Shown: positions 17,489-24,966, counted from the stretch's first letter. The stretch: DNA of 32,000 bases from Archaeoglobus fulgidus DSM 4304 (GCF_000008665.1 NC_000917.1:1890001-1922000); one strand, 5' to 3'. A program made the numbers and translations. Notes: generated from the sequence alone by a model not told the origin.

Positions 17489-18039
17489 TGTTCCCCGAAA
17501 TCGAGGAAATCAGAAGAAAGAGGAAAAAGCTTGGTTTGAGTCAGAAAAAGCTTGCCGAGCTCGTCGGGGTGAGCCAGCCCTTAATAGCGAGAATCGAAGC
17601 AGGAAAGTTTGACCCCAAGCTTTCTTTGGTCAAGAAAATGCTGAGAGTTCTCGAGGAGATTGAAGGGGGCAGGGTGGAGGCGAGGGTTGTGATGAACTCC
17701 CCCGTGATTTTCGTATCGCCGAGCGACTCATTAAAGACCGTTGCAGAGCTTATGACCGAGAAGGAGATATCACAGCTTCCCGTTATGGAGAATGACAAGC
17801 TCGTAGGCGGGGTAACCGAGGCCGATGTGGTTAGGGCTGTGCTGGAGAAGGGAGAGGGGGCGGAGAGCATAAGGGTAAGGGAAGTTATGGGTGACCCCTT
17901 TCCTGTAGTTGATCCGGAAGAGAGCGTTAACGTTGTTTCTAAGCTTCTAATGGAGCATCCTGCGGTGTTAGTTGTTCAGGGAGAGAAAGTCGTGGGAATA
18001 ATCACGAAGCAGGATGTGATGAGGTTTTTGACGAAGTGA
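17485..18039 (+). CDS. Transcriptional regulator: XRE-type HTH plus a tandem CBS pair
   Basis: LGLSQKKLAELVGVSQPLIARIEAG forms the HTH. Two CBS-like repeats follow (VMNSPVIFVSP...QLPVMENDKLVGGVTEADV and VMGDPFPVV...VLVVQGEKVVGIITKQDV). The start (TTG 17485 or ATG 17488) overlaps the alkA stop. Confidence 0.85.
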   Translation: MMFPEIEEIRRKRKKLGLSQKKLAELVGVSQPLIARIEAGKFDPKLSLVKKMLRVLEEIEGGRVEARVVMNSPVIFVSPSDSLKTVAELMTEKEISQLPVMENDKLVGGVTEADVVRAVLEKGEGAESIRVREVMGDPFPVVDPEESVNVVSKLLMEHPAVLVVQGEKVVGIITKQDVMRFLTK

Positions 18040-18086
18040 GTTAATAATAACCATGATAATAATCTTAATCATTTTTTATGGAAAAA

Positions 18087-18094
18087 TTTAAATT
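18087..18094 (+). promoter_or_regulatory. TATA-like box (TTTAAATT) for the Leu-rich microprotein gene
   Basis: It is centred about 25 nt upstream of the ATG at 18115, which is the spacing expected for a leaderless archaeal transcript. The T-run ATTTTTTAT (18071..18079) just upstream probably terminates the HTH-CBS gene. Confidence 0.45.
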
Positions 18095-18114
18095 CTTTGT
18101 GAACTATAGTGTGT

Positions 18115-18297
18115 ATGGGGTTCCTGAGCAGCTTGTTGAGTGGCCTTTTAGGACTTTTGCAACCAATGCTGGAGCAGCTTCTTCAAACCGAGCTTGGACA
18201 GCAACTGTTGATGTTTTTGCTCAGCCTGATGAGCCAGCTGCCACCCGGACTGGTTGAGTTTCTGAACAACCTGCTTGGAATGCTTGGACTCGGTTAA
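18115..18297 (+). CDS. 60-aa extremely Leu-rich acidic microprotein, possibly a two-helix membrane hairpin
   Basis: MGFLSSLLSGLLGLLQPMLEQLLQTELGQQLLMFLLSLMSQLPPGLVEFLNNLLGMLGLG has 23 Leu, 8 Gly, 6 Gln, 3 Glu and no K/R/H/D. There is no underlying nucleotide tandem repeat. It has its own TATA-like box and a T-rich 3' flank. The track ORF starts at GTG 18109. Confidence 0.55.
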   Translation: MGFLSSLLSGLLGLLQPMLEQLLQTELGQQLLMFLLSLMSQLPPGLVEFLNNLLGMLGLG

Positions 18298-18350
18298 TGA
18301 AAATAATTTAATTTATCCTTTGTATTTTTTATAAATCAGAGTCTCTACAC

Positions 18351-20576
18351 TCATCCCTCTCCGCATCCAGCTATCCAATTGAAGTCCCAACCTGGATTGT
18401 CACGAGAACTCTGTTCCATCAGCGGAATCTCTTTTAGCAGAGTTACCACCACTTCCGTAAGCTGGTCAAGAAGTTGGAGCATTCTGTAGCCAAAAATCTC
18501 TCTTTCACTGTAAGAAAGGTACTGTCTGTGATTTAGCAGGTAGTTGATACCCGTACTGGCGTCAGGTGGACCGACCACATTTGGCAGCTGCAATAGAACT
18601 TCCGAAATCAGATTTCCGAGTGCATTGTTGAGAGTTGAGTTCAGCATTATTCTGTGGACGATTTCGAAGTTATCTTTAAACTGGACAAACGTCGAAATTA
18701 TGAAGGGGTGGTTGACTGTCTTACCGCAGTTAACCACCAGCCAGAGCACCTCGTGCATGTATGGCAGGAAGTCCGTTATAAAATCATTGAAGGCTCTGTT
18801 CAGATTCACAACATCGCTCTGGGTTGGATATCTCAAGCTCCAAGCAGCCAGCTCTTCACCTGTCGTTTTTGCGATGTAAACAGCATTGTTCAGCAAGTAA
18901 TAGAGCCACGTGTCCATGTAGTTCCTCCAGCCTGCCTCGTCACTCGGATAGTTCGGAACGGTTGTGACGATGGCTGTGAATGGATGTATTCCATAGCGGT
19001 GCCCCATCATAATCCCTATGGCATGCTCGTTGTCAGCAATTAGTCCCACAAAGCCGACGACGCCGAGACCGCCTTTTGGATCTGCAAATAACCCCAACGC
19101 TCCATGAGTTAAGGCCTGTTCAGTTGAGGGGTTTAAAGCACCACAACCAGCATTTGAAACCAGTACACCGTATGGGCCCTCGTGCTGGTCGTAGTGTGTC
19201 GCTCTCATGAAGTCGTCGAGTTCGCCCCCGCCGAAAAGCTGAATGACCATCGCAGCCAGAAAACCAAGTGCGTGGTCGGGTATGTTCATCTGGACAAAGG
19301 GACCTACCCTGTAACCCGAAAAGTAAGTACAATCGTGTCTTCCTTTAAGCGGACCATCTGGGTCACCGTAACAAGCCCCTCCAACGTCTCTACCACACAT
19401 AGGCGTGGTACTTCCAACAGCAATACACGCTCCATCCCAGTCAGCGTCGTCAAAGTTGCCGTAAATACCCTCCCTGTGGCAGTTGGGGTCTGTGCAGTAG
19501 TCATCTAACCCATACTTCCAGATTGTAACGCTGGCTCTGTTTCCAGTAAACTTTTGAACCACGGGAATTGGATACGGTTTCAGCACGGAGTTCTCATCAA
19601 CGTACCAGTTCACCCTCACCCAGTCCGCCCCGCCTGAGTAGTACATTCTGCCGACGAGGGTTATGTCGTAGCTTCCGGGGGTTATGGCAACGTTCTCGGC
19701 CAAAATCGCACGATTGGTTGTTGTGGTGTAGGCGTTGCAGTTAGTCATCACGTCCTCAATTTTAGCAACAAAATTCACTCTCAACTTGTCACTCAGTCCA
19801 ACATTCTTTGGAATGAAGCTAAGTTTAGCGATGCCGCTCGAATTCGTCCAAGCCCCTCCCAAGAATATCCTCTGCGAGTCGAACTCCGCGTAAAACTTGA
19901 CGGGATAATCGGGAACAGGGTTGCCGTTGCTCACAACTTTTGCGTATAATGTTATCGTGTCGGTGTCGAAGAAGCCGTCGTAGTTTCTCGGATTCCCTTC
20001 AGCCTTCACGACGCTTACCGGAAGCGGGTTGGCAACGCTGACCTCGATCTCTACGTAGTCTGACGTCGGATGAGTATACTCCAAACTTCCGTCATGCCCT
20101 ACCGCCAGAATGTGTGCCTCGCAGCTCGCTGTAAAGCTACCGCTTATCCAAGTCCAACTCCCGCTGGTCGTTTCTTCTAATTTCTGCCAGCTGCTACCGT
20201 CCCAGTAGTAGAGCGTGACGTAATCGCCATCCTCCTGCGCGTGTCCCCTCCACCTCACGACGACGTTTGCGTTCTGAGGGATGCTGAAGTAGAAGTGGTG
20301 GGTGTCCTGACCTCCCGAACTGAAACCGCTGCTGTCAGGGCTTTCAATGAGGTCGATATCAGCTTGCGTGAAGGGCGTCCTGTCGCTCGTGTAGTAAGGG
20401 TTGCTCGGAAGGTCTCTCGTGTCCCTGTGCCAAGCTTTTGGGTGAGGCGAGTCCGGAGTAACCTCAAGTCCGCCTATGGAGGAGAAATTAACTGTATACG
20501 TTTTGGCGTCGGCTATATGCGAAATCTGAATAAGTAAAGCTAAAGCTAAGATTATAATTATTTTCACACTTTTCAC
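18351..20576 (-). CDS. Large secreted multidomain protein, unknown function (signal peptide, beta-rich N-terminal modules, Cys-rich core, helical C-terminus)
   Basis: 741 aa. Signal peptide MKSVKIIIILALALLIQISHIADA/K. Ig-like-looking segment ITLYAKVVSNGNPVPDYPVKFYAEF...GGAWTNSSGIAKLSF. Cys cluster DDYCTDPNCHREG...DGACIAVGSTTPMCGRDVGGACYG...HDCTYF. No C-terminal TM. GTG start, with an AT-rich TATA-like region at 20592..20605. Confidence 0.85.
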   Translation of the reverse strand: MKSVKIIIILALALLIQISHIADAKTYTVNFSSIGGLEVTPDSPHPKAWHRDTRDLPSNPYYTSDRTPFTQADIDLIESPDSSGFSSGGQDTHHFYFSIPQNANVVVRWRGHAQEDGDYVTLYYWDGSSWQKLEETTSGSWTWISGSFTASCEAHILAVGHDGSLEYTHPTSDYVEIEVSVANPLPVSVVKAEGNPRNYDGFFDTDTITLYAKVVSNGNPVPDYPVKFYAEFDSQRIFLGGAWTNSSGIAKLSFIPKNVGLSDKLRVNFVAKIEDVMTNCNAYTTTTNRAILAENVAITPGSYDITLVGRMYYSGGADWVRVNWYVDENSVLKPYPIPVVQKFTGNRASVTIWKYGLDDYCTDPNCHREGIYGNFDDADWDGACIAVGSTTPMCGRDVGGACYGDPDGPLKGRHDCTYFSGYRVGPFVQMNIPDHALGFLAAMVIQLFGGGELDDFMRATHYDQHEGPYGVLVSNAGCGALNPSTEQALTHGALGLFADPKGGLGVVGFVGLIADNEHAIGIMMGHRYGIHPFTAIVTTVPNYPSDEAGWRNYMDTWLYYLLNNAVYIAKTTGEELAAWSLRYPTQSDVVNLNRAFNDFITDFLPYMHEVLWLVVNCGKTVNHPFIISTFVQFKDNFEIVHRIMLNSTLNNALGNLISEVLLQLPNVVGPPDASTGINYLLNHRQYLSYSEREIFGYRMLQLLDQLTEVVVTLLKEIPLMEQSSRDNPGWDFNWIAGCGEG

Positions 20577-20694
20577 GAAAATTCGATAATCAAATTAATT
20601 ATTAAATGTTTCGTATTGTTGATGGTAATGATAAAGTAAATTATCCCCAGTTTTTCGAACTAAGCCTGAAGAGCTTATTTGTTACCAAAAAGCT

Positions 20695-21147
20695 TTAGGT
20701 GTAAATCAACGAGAATTTCTTCCCCAACTCAGCCAGTGCCGCAAACATCCACTTGAAAAACTGCAGCGCATTGTATGTCAAGTTCGGTGCCTGATTCTGG
20801 CAGTAACCTCCAGTCTGAATGCACTCGTAGCTTTTCCTCCAGATGTAGGCTATACCCCAGTTTGCGTTATCGTCTCCAAACACGTAGGTGGCATTTCCAG
20901 CAACCTTCTGCCAGATTCCTACACTGTAGCGCATCATCGTGTCATTCGCAGAAACTATGTTCACTGTATCCCTGAAAACATCTGAAAAGTACTTCAAAAA
21001 GCCGGAAATGTAGTAGATGCTCTCAGCAGTTTTCTCGGCAAGAGTGTCGTTTACAGCAATTGCCCTCATCACCTCAGCGTTTAGCATGAAAAGCCACTGA
21101 AAGAAATCTATGAAGTACGAGAAGGCAATCCAGACGTCAAGCGGCAT
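20695..21147 (-). CDS. Paralog 4 of an unrecognised ~145-aa protein family
   Basis: 150 aa. Shared core AGNATYVFGDDNANWGIAY. An SD-like GGTGATGGAGG lies directly upstream and overlaps the stop of paralog 3. A T5 run follows the stop. Confidence 0.8.
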   Translation of the reverse strand: MPLDVWIAFSYFIDFFQWLFMLNAEVMRAIAVNDTLAEKTAESIYYISGFLKYFSDVFRDTVNIVSANDTMMRYSVGIWQKVAGNATYVFGDDNANWGIAYIWRKSYECIQTGGYCQNQAPNLTYNALQFFKWMFAALAELGKKFSLIYT

Positions 21148-21153
21148 CCTCCA

Positions 21154-21624
21154 TCACCCCGGAAAGTAATTGGGAAACACCTTGAGCGCATCGGCCATCA
21201 GTATCACCAGATGCTTTGCCGCATAATACAGATTTGAAACGAAGTCCGGGTTGTTTGAAACGCTCTCCGCCATCACTTTTACCAAAAAGGCTGTCCCATT
21301 ATCCCCTGAAACATCCCCAAATATGTATGTCCCGTTTTTTGCAGCAATCTCAACCACTTCAGCAAACTCATTCTCAAGCGTTGCGTTGTGGTTAATCTGC
21401 CAGATAAACCCATTCGTATCGAAAAGGAGCTTTCTGAACCATGAAATTGCCGCATCAACGTGGTACCAAATCTCCCAGAAGCTCTGATAGTTCCCCCTCG
21501 AAGCGTTGAGAGTGGTTTCGTTGTTCCCCACGTATTTTAGATAGATGAAAAAGTCGCCGAGAGCCCTGAGCAGTGCGGAGAGGCCCTGCAGCATCACGTT
21601 GCCAAGCTCGGCTGCTGTTGGCAT
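21154..21624 (-). CDS. Paralog 3 of an unrecognised ~145-aa protein family
   Basis: 156 aa. Shared core [19 protein letters not shown]. The upstream GAGGTGAT overlaps the stop of paralog 2. Confidence 0.8.
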
Positions 21625-21633
21625 TCGATCACC

Positions 21634-22062
21634 TCACAGGTACTCAAAAACTTTCACAAAGTAGATTATCGTGCTATTCACCGCCCTCGCAAATTTCACC
21701 GCCATATCCTCTGAAAGCTGCTGGTTTTGACTAAGCTCGATGTAGGAGTGCTTGGCAATGTAGGCCATCCCGCTCTCCCCCTCAACCGTGCCGAAAAAGT
21801 GGTAGGAGTTCTCCGACAGAGTGTGGAGGACATCGGTGAAATTTGCCATCGCAGTAGCATTGTTTGCGGTAACACCGAGAATTGTCGCCAGAAACTTTGT
21901 TCCCCACAGCAGAAGGGATAGCTGCCCGTAAATGAAATTAGTATGTTCTGGAATGAGATGCGCATTTATGGGCTCAAGCAACCCGTAAATCAGGACAAAG
22001 ATGTCTGATATTGGCCTTAGAATCGCATTTAAGGCAAAATCTGTCGCTGCTGCTATGGGCAT
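21634..22062 (-). CDS. Paralog 2 of an unrecognised ~145-aa protein family
   Basis: 142 aa. Shared core SENSYHFFGTVEGESGMAY. The upstream GAGGTGA (22067..22073) contains the TGA stop of paralog 1. Confidence 0.8.
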   Translation of the reverse strand: MPIAAATDFALNAILRPISDIFVLIYGLLEPINAHLIPEHTNFIYGQLSLLLWGTKFLATILGVTANNATAMANFTDVLHTLSENSYHFFGTVEGESGMAYIAKHSYIELSQNQQLSEDMAVKFARAVNSTIIYFVKVFEYL

Positions 22063-22066
22063 TCCA

Positions 22067-22498
22067 TCACCTCAGCGTTGAATTGATGTTTTCAAGCATC
22101 CTCATCGCCACCTCCACACCGCTCTTGGCTAAATTCCAAACCTTCAAGGCGAATTCATCATCAATCAACCCCACAAAATGGCTCATTACCGCAGACAGAC
22201 CCTTCTGACCAGTTTCGTTGCCAAAAATCGTTTCCGCGTTCCCTCCAATATAGTTTATCGCGTAGCTGATGTTCTTCATCGCGGAAACGTTTTTGGATGC
22301 AACATCTAAGGCTCCTCCATCCCCTACAAAGGGCTTGATGAACCAGTAACCGAATCCTGCAGCGTGAATTGAAACATTCCACACTTCCGCAACATCAACA
22401 GAGTTGTTAAGCAATAAGCTGAATGCGTTCGTCAGCAACTCGAAATTGGCCAGAACAATCTGCATTAAGGCGTTGGCGAAGTCTGCTGCGTTTGCCAT
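22067..22498 (-). CDS. Paralog 1 (first gene) of an unrecognised ~145-aa protein family
   Basis: 143 aa. Shared core GGNAETIFGNETGQKGLSA. There is no SD. A TATA-like TTTTTTATTAG is centred about 25 nt upstream of the ATG. Confidence 0.8.
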   Translation of the reverse strand: MANAADFANALMQIVLANFELLTNAFSLLLNNSVDVAEVWNVSIHAAGFGYWFIKPFVGDGGALDVASKNVSAMKNISYAINYIGGNAETIFGNETGQKGLSAVMSHFVGLIDDEFALKVWNLAKSGVEVAMRMLENINSTLR

Positions 22499-22517
22499 TG
22501 GAGAGATTTGTCATTAT

Positions 22518-22528
22518 CTAATAAAAAA
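22518..22528 (-). promoter_or_regulatory. TATA-like box of the four-paralog operon
   Basis: The minus strand reads TTTTTTATTAG, centred about 25 nt upstream of the ATG at 22498. Confidence 0.45.
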
Positions 22529-22607
22529 CTTTTCGCATTGTTAGAATTAAATGTTATGATGAGCATCAACACTTATTTGCTCTATGACTGATTTTTTCAG
22601 AGCCATG

Positions 22608-23036
22608 CTAATTATTGGCCTTTCTGTAATCTACGTAGCTCTTAACGAAGTCTCTCACCATCCCGTAAAACAGCTTTGCTGAGAAGTAAAGGACAGCAAC
22701 GGGCAGCACGATGCTTAAGGAGTTCTCGACTCCGAGAAACTGCAATGCAACGATATAGGGAGAGAGAAGGAGGAAGTAAAGCGGTGTGAAAAAGGAAATT
22801 TTCCTGAAGAAGACTCTGCCGTAAATTTCGTTCATCATGTCCTGAAAACCCCTGTAAGCCTCTCTATCACCCGACAGCATGGCAAGCATGGAAAGCTCCT
22901 TGTATTCCTCAATTTCAGCCTCCATTCTGGCAATATCAAGCACGTAGCTGCTGAAAAATCTGATTGCCACTAATTCCTCAATTTTCTCAACAATAACTGC
23001 TACGAGCAGAGTTAAAAAAATTAAGAAATAGTTCAT
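22608..23036 (-). CDS. Small three-TM membrane protein with a long amphipathic or coiled-coil loop
   Basis: About 142 aa from ATG 23036: MNYFLIFLTLLVAVIV-EKIEELV...ARMEAEIEEYKEL...-FFTPLYFLLLSPYIVALQFL-...SIVLPVAVLYFSAKLF. The start overlaps the stop of the TauE-like gene (ATGA at 23033..23036). The track's longer 208-aa version reads through that gene in another frame. Confidence 0.65.
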   Translation of the reverse strand: MNYFLIFLTLLVAVIVEKIEELVAIRFFSSYVLDIARMEAEIEEYKELSMLAMLSGDREAYRGFQDMMNEIYGRVFFRKISFFTPLYFLLLSPYIVALQFLGVENSLSIVLPVAVLYFSAKLFYGMVRDFVKSYVDYRKANN

Positions 23037-24055
23037 GGTGGAAGCTTGATTCCGAAGAATGCGCTCAGCACGTACCTCGTTCCGACGTAGAGGGCAAGGA
23101 TGCCGAAGAGGGCGAAGAGAGCATCTTGCGGGATGTACTTCTGAGTTCTCGGACCAATGTAGCTGCCGATGAATATTCCTGCCCATCCAGCAACGATGAG
23201 GGCCACAGGATACATCACTCCCCTTGCCAGCCATCCAAGTACAGTTGATGTCTGTGTAAAGAACACTGCAAGCGTTGAAGCTCCGGGAACGACGTAGAAG
23301 GGCAGTCCGAGGCTCGTCAGGAACGGGACGAAGAGGAATCCGCCTCCAATTCCTATCACTGCGGAGAACAATCCAATCAGGAAGCCGACGATGAAAGGTG
23401 CGAAGTTCTTCACTCTGAAGCTTTCGCCGAAGAACTCGAAGGTCGTCTCGCTAAGGCCAACCTTCAGGTTCTTGATGCCCTCAAGCTCGTGCAGCCTTCC
23501 GCTCTCTCTGAGCTCCTTAACCTTCTGCTGGAACCTCTGTGCAGCCTCTCTTCCGGCCTTCTTTCCCGCCTTGGCCCTTGGTGTGAGCTGGTAGAACATG
23601 TATCCTGCAATCAGATAGGTCGCCAGACCGAACAGGCCTTTATACATTGAAGGAGCAACCTGCCCACCAGTGCCCCACACACCAACCTGAGCACCGATGA
23701 CGGCTCCAAGACCGAGTGCAACACCAGCAGGCCATACGAGTCTCTTCTGAGTGTACCAGTTGTAGGTTGACGACACAGCATTAAACCACGTCTGCACAGA
23801 GTTGCCCAGCCTGATGGTATCTGTCAGGTATTTGCCCGCATCGGTGTAGGAGCCAATGTTAACCTTTGTCCCCTTCAGCTTGCTTGCCCAGTCGCCAATT
23901 CCGAAGATTGTAATGTGGCCGAAACCAGCCATGATACCTCCAAATGCCCCGACGGTTGAGAAAATCCAGCCAACCCAGATGAACCACAGAAAGACCATCA
24001 GGGCATTCACCGTTATAACGTTCCCGTCTATCTCAGCCCATACTACATCCAGCAA
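23033..24055 (-). CDS. TauE/SafE (TSUP, DUF81) family anion permease with an enlarged central cytoplasmic loop
   Basis: 340 aa, polytopic, with the two-repeat architecture STVGAFGGIMAGFG and SAVIGIGGGFLFVPFLT (family GxGGG..VP signature). TTG start at 24055, preceded by a perfect GGAGGTGA (24060..24067) at a 4-nt spacing. Confidence 0.7.
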   Translation of the reverse strand: MLDVVWAEIDGNVITVNALMVFLWFIWVGWIFSTVGAFGGIMAGFGHITIFGIGDWASKLKGTKVNIGSYTDAGKYLTDTIRLGNSVQTWFNAVSSTYNWYTQKRLVWPAGVALGLGAVIGAQVGVWGTGGQVAPSMYKGLFGLATYLIAGYMFYQLTPRAKAGKKAGREAAQRFQQKVKELRESGRLHELEGIKNLKVGLSETTFEFFGESFRVKNFAPFIVGFLIGLFSAVIGIGGGFLFVPFLTSLGLPFYVVPGASTLAVFFTQTSTVLGWLARGVMYPVALIVAGWAGIFIGSYIGPRTQKYIPQDALFALFGILALYVGTRYVLSAFFGIKLPP

Positions 24056-24069
24056 GGTATCACCTCCCT

Positions 24070-24966
24070 TTACTCATCCTCCTTTGGCTTCCTGAAGAGC
24101 AGGAAGTTGCAGAGCTTGCAAATATCGAATCCGGGATAGGTTTCCCCTGTTCTGGGGAAGCTCGCTCCTCCCTGACTTGCAGTTCTCTCAAGGAGTCTGA
24201 CTACCAGCTTCTCGAAGTGAGCCCAAGGTATGAAGACGTTTATCTCGCCCTGCTCCGTTTTTCCTGCCGTGTAGCTGCCACTGCACATGGGAACAATGTT
24301 GATGGTGTTCTCCACGTAGCTCCACACCGCTCCACCGCATGCAGCGGAGTTCATCATGAAGTTGGGTCTGATTGGATGGACGTCCATGGCCGCTGCGTAG
24401 TCGTTGTAGAGGTGGTAGCTCTGCAGAACGTCGCAGATTATGAACACCAGATCAGGCTCAAACTTTGCTTTGTGGAGTGGAGCGGTGGCAAAGGCAAGAA
24501 GTCCTTCAGGCAGCCTTGGCTTGGTCTTTACGAATCTCTCAGCCTGTTCCCTGTCTTTGACATACTTCATGTGGCTCTTGATCTCATTCTCATCGTAGTC
24601 CTTCCAGCCAAAGAGGTAGCGGGCGTTGCTACATCCCAGCGTTCTCCTTTCCCCAAACAGCACATCTCCCTTCTGCCTCGACTCAGCGCAGAAATGGCAG
24701 AAGGTGAAGGGGTTGCATGCTACAAGGTACTCATGCTCCGCCTTGAACTTCTCCACCTCAGCCTCGTCGTAGAAGAACTTCACCGCTACAGGATAGTACT
24801 TCAGCCTCAGCAGGTTTCTAAGAACGAAAACCATGTCGGCTCTGCTCAGCCCTGCTTTGTCCTTCTTTAGCAGCATCGCTTCTGCAAACTTCCTGTCGTC
24901 GAGCAGCACTTCACTGTCGATAAAAACACTGGATTGCTGCATAGTCAGCGGTGATTTCGGATGCAT
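24070..24966 (-). CDS. DUF169-like protein (family assignment from memory of the PVAVKF / Cys pattern)
   Basis: 298 aa with LKYYPVAVKFFYDE, FTFCHFCAES, TLGCSNARYLFG, NSAACGGAVW and VPMCSGS. The start could be the ATG at 24966 or the internal Met at 24942. Confidence 0.6.
   Translation of the reverse strand: MHPKSPLTMQQSSVFIDSEVLLDDRKFAEAMLLKKDKAGLSRADMVFVLRNLLRLKYYPVAVKFFYDEAEVEKFKAEHEYLVACNPFTFCHFCAESRQKGDVLFGERRTLGCSNARYLFGWKDYDENEIKSHMKYVKDREQAERFVKTKPRLPEGLLAFATAPLHKAKFEPDLVFIICDVLQSYHLYNDYAAAMDVHPIRPNFMMNSAACGGAVWSYVENTINIVPMCSGSYTAGKTEQGEINVFIPWAHFEKLVVRLLERTASQGGASFPRTGETYPGFDICKLCNFLLFRKPKEDE

Noticed and set aside
20649-20660. Partial match (TTTTTCGAAC) to the TTCGAAATTTT motif between paralog 4 and the 741-aa gene
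   Set aside because: Only the TTCGAA core and a T-run match. A 6-bp palindrome is expected by chance several times in 32 kb.
22556-22591. Possible C/D-box sRNA: ATGATGA (22556..22562) and CTGA (22588..22591) in the spacer upstream of the four-paralog operon
   Set aside because: The distance from the C box to the D box is only 36 nt. There are no recognisable D' or C' boxes and no terminal stem, so it is too short for an archaeal C/D sRNA.
23037-23234. N-terminal 66-aa extension of ORF 22608..23234
   Set aside because: The extension overlaps the 3' end of the TauE-like gene in another frame and is Arg/Cys/His-rich nonsense. The ATG at 23036 gives an ATGA-coupled start right at a TM helix.
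24217-24870. 217-aa plus-strand ORF opposite the DUF169-like gene
   Set aside because: It has no start context or motif. The minus-strand frame is followed directly by an SD-coupled downstream gene, and its start has the repeated 11-mer motif just upstream.
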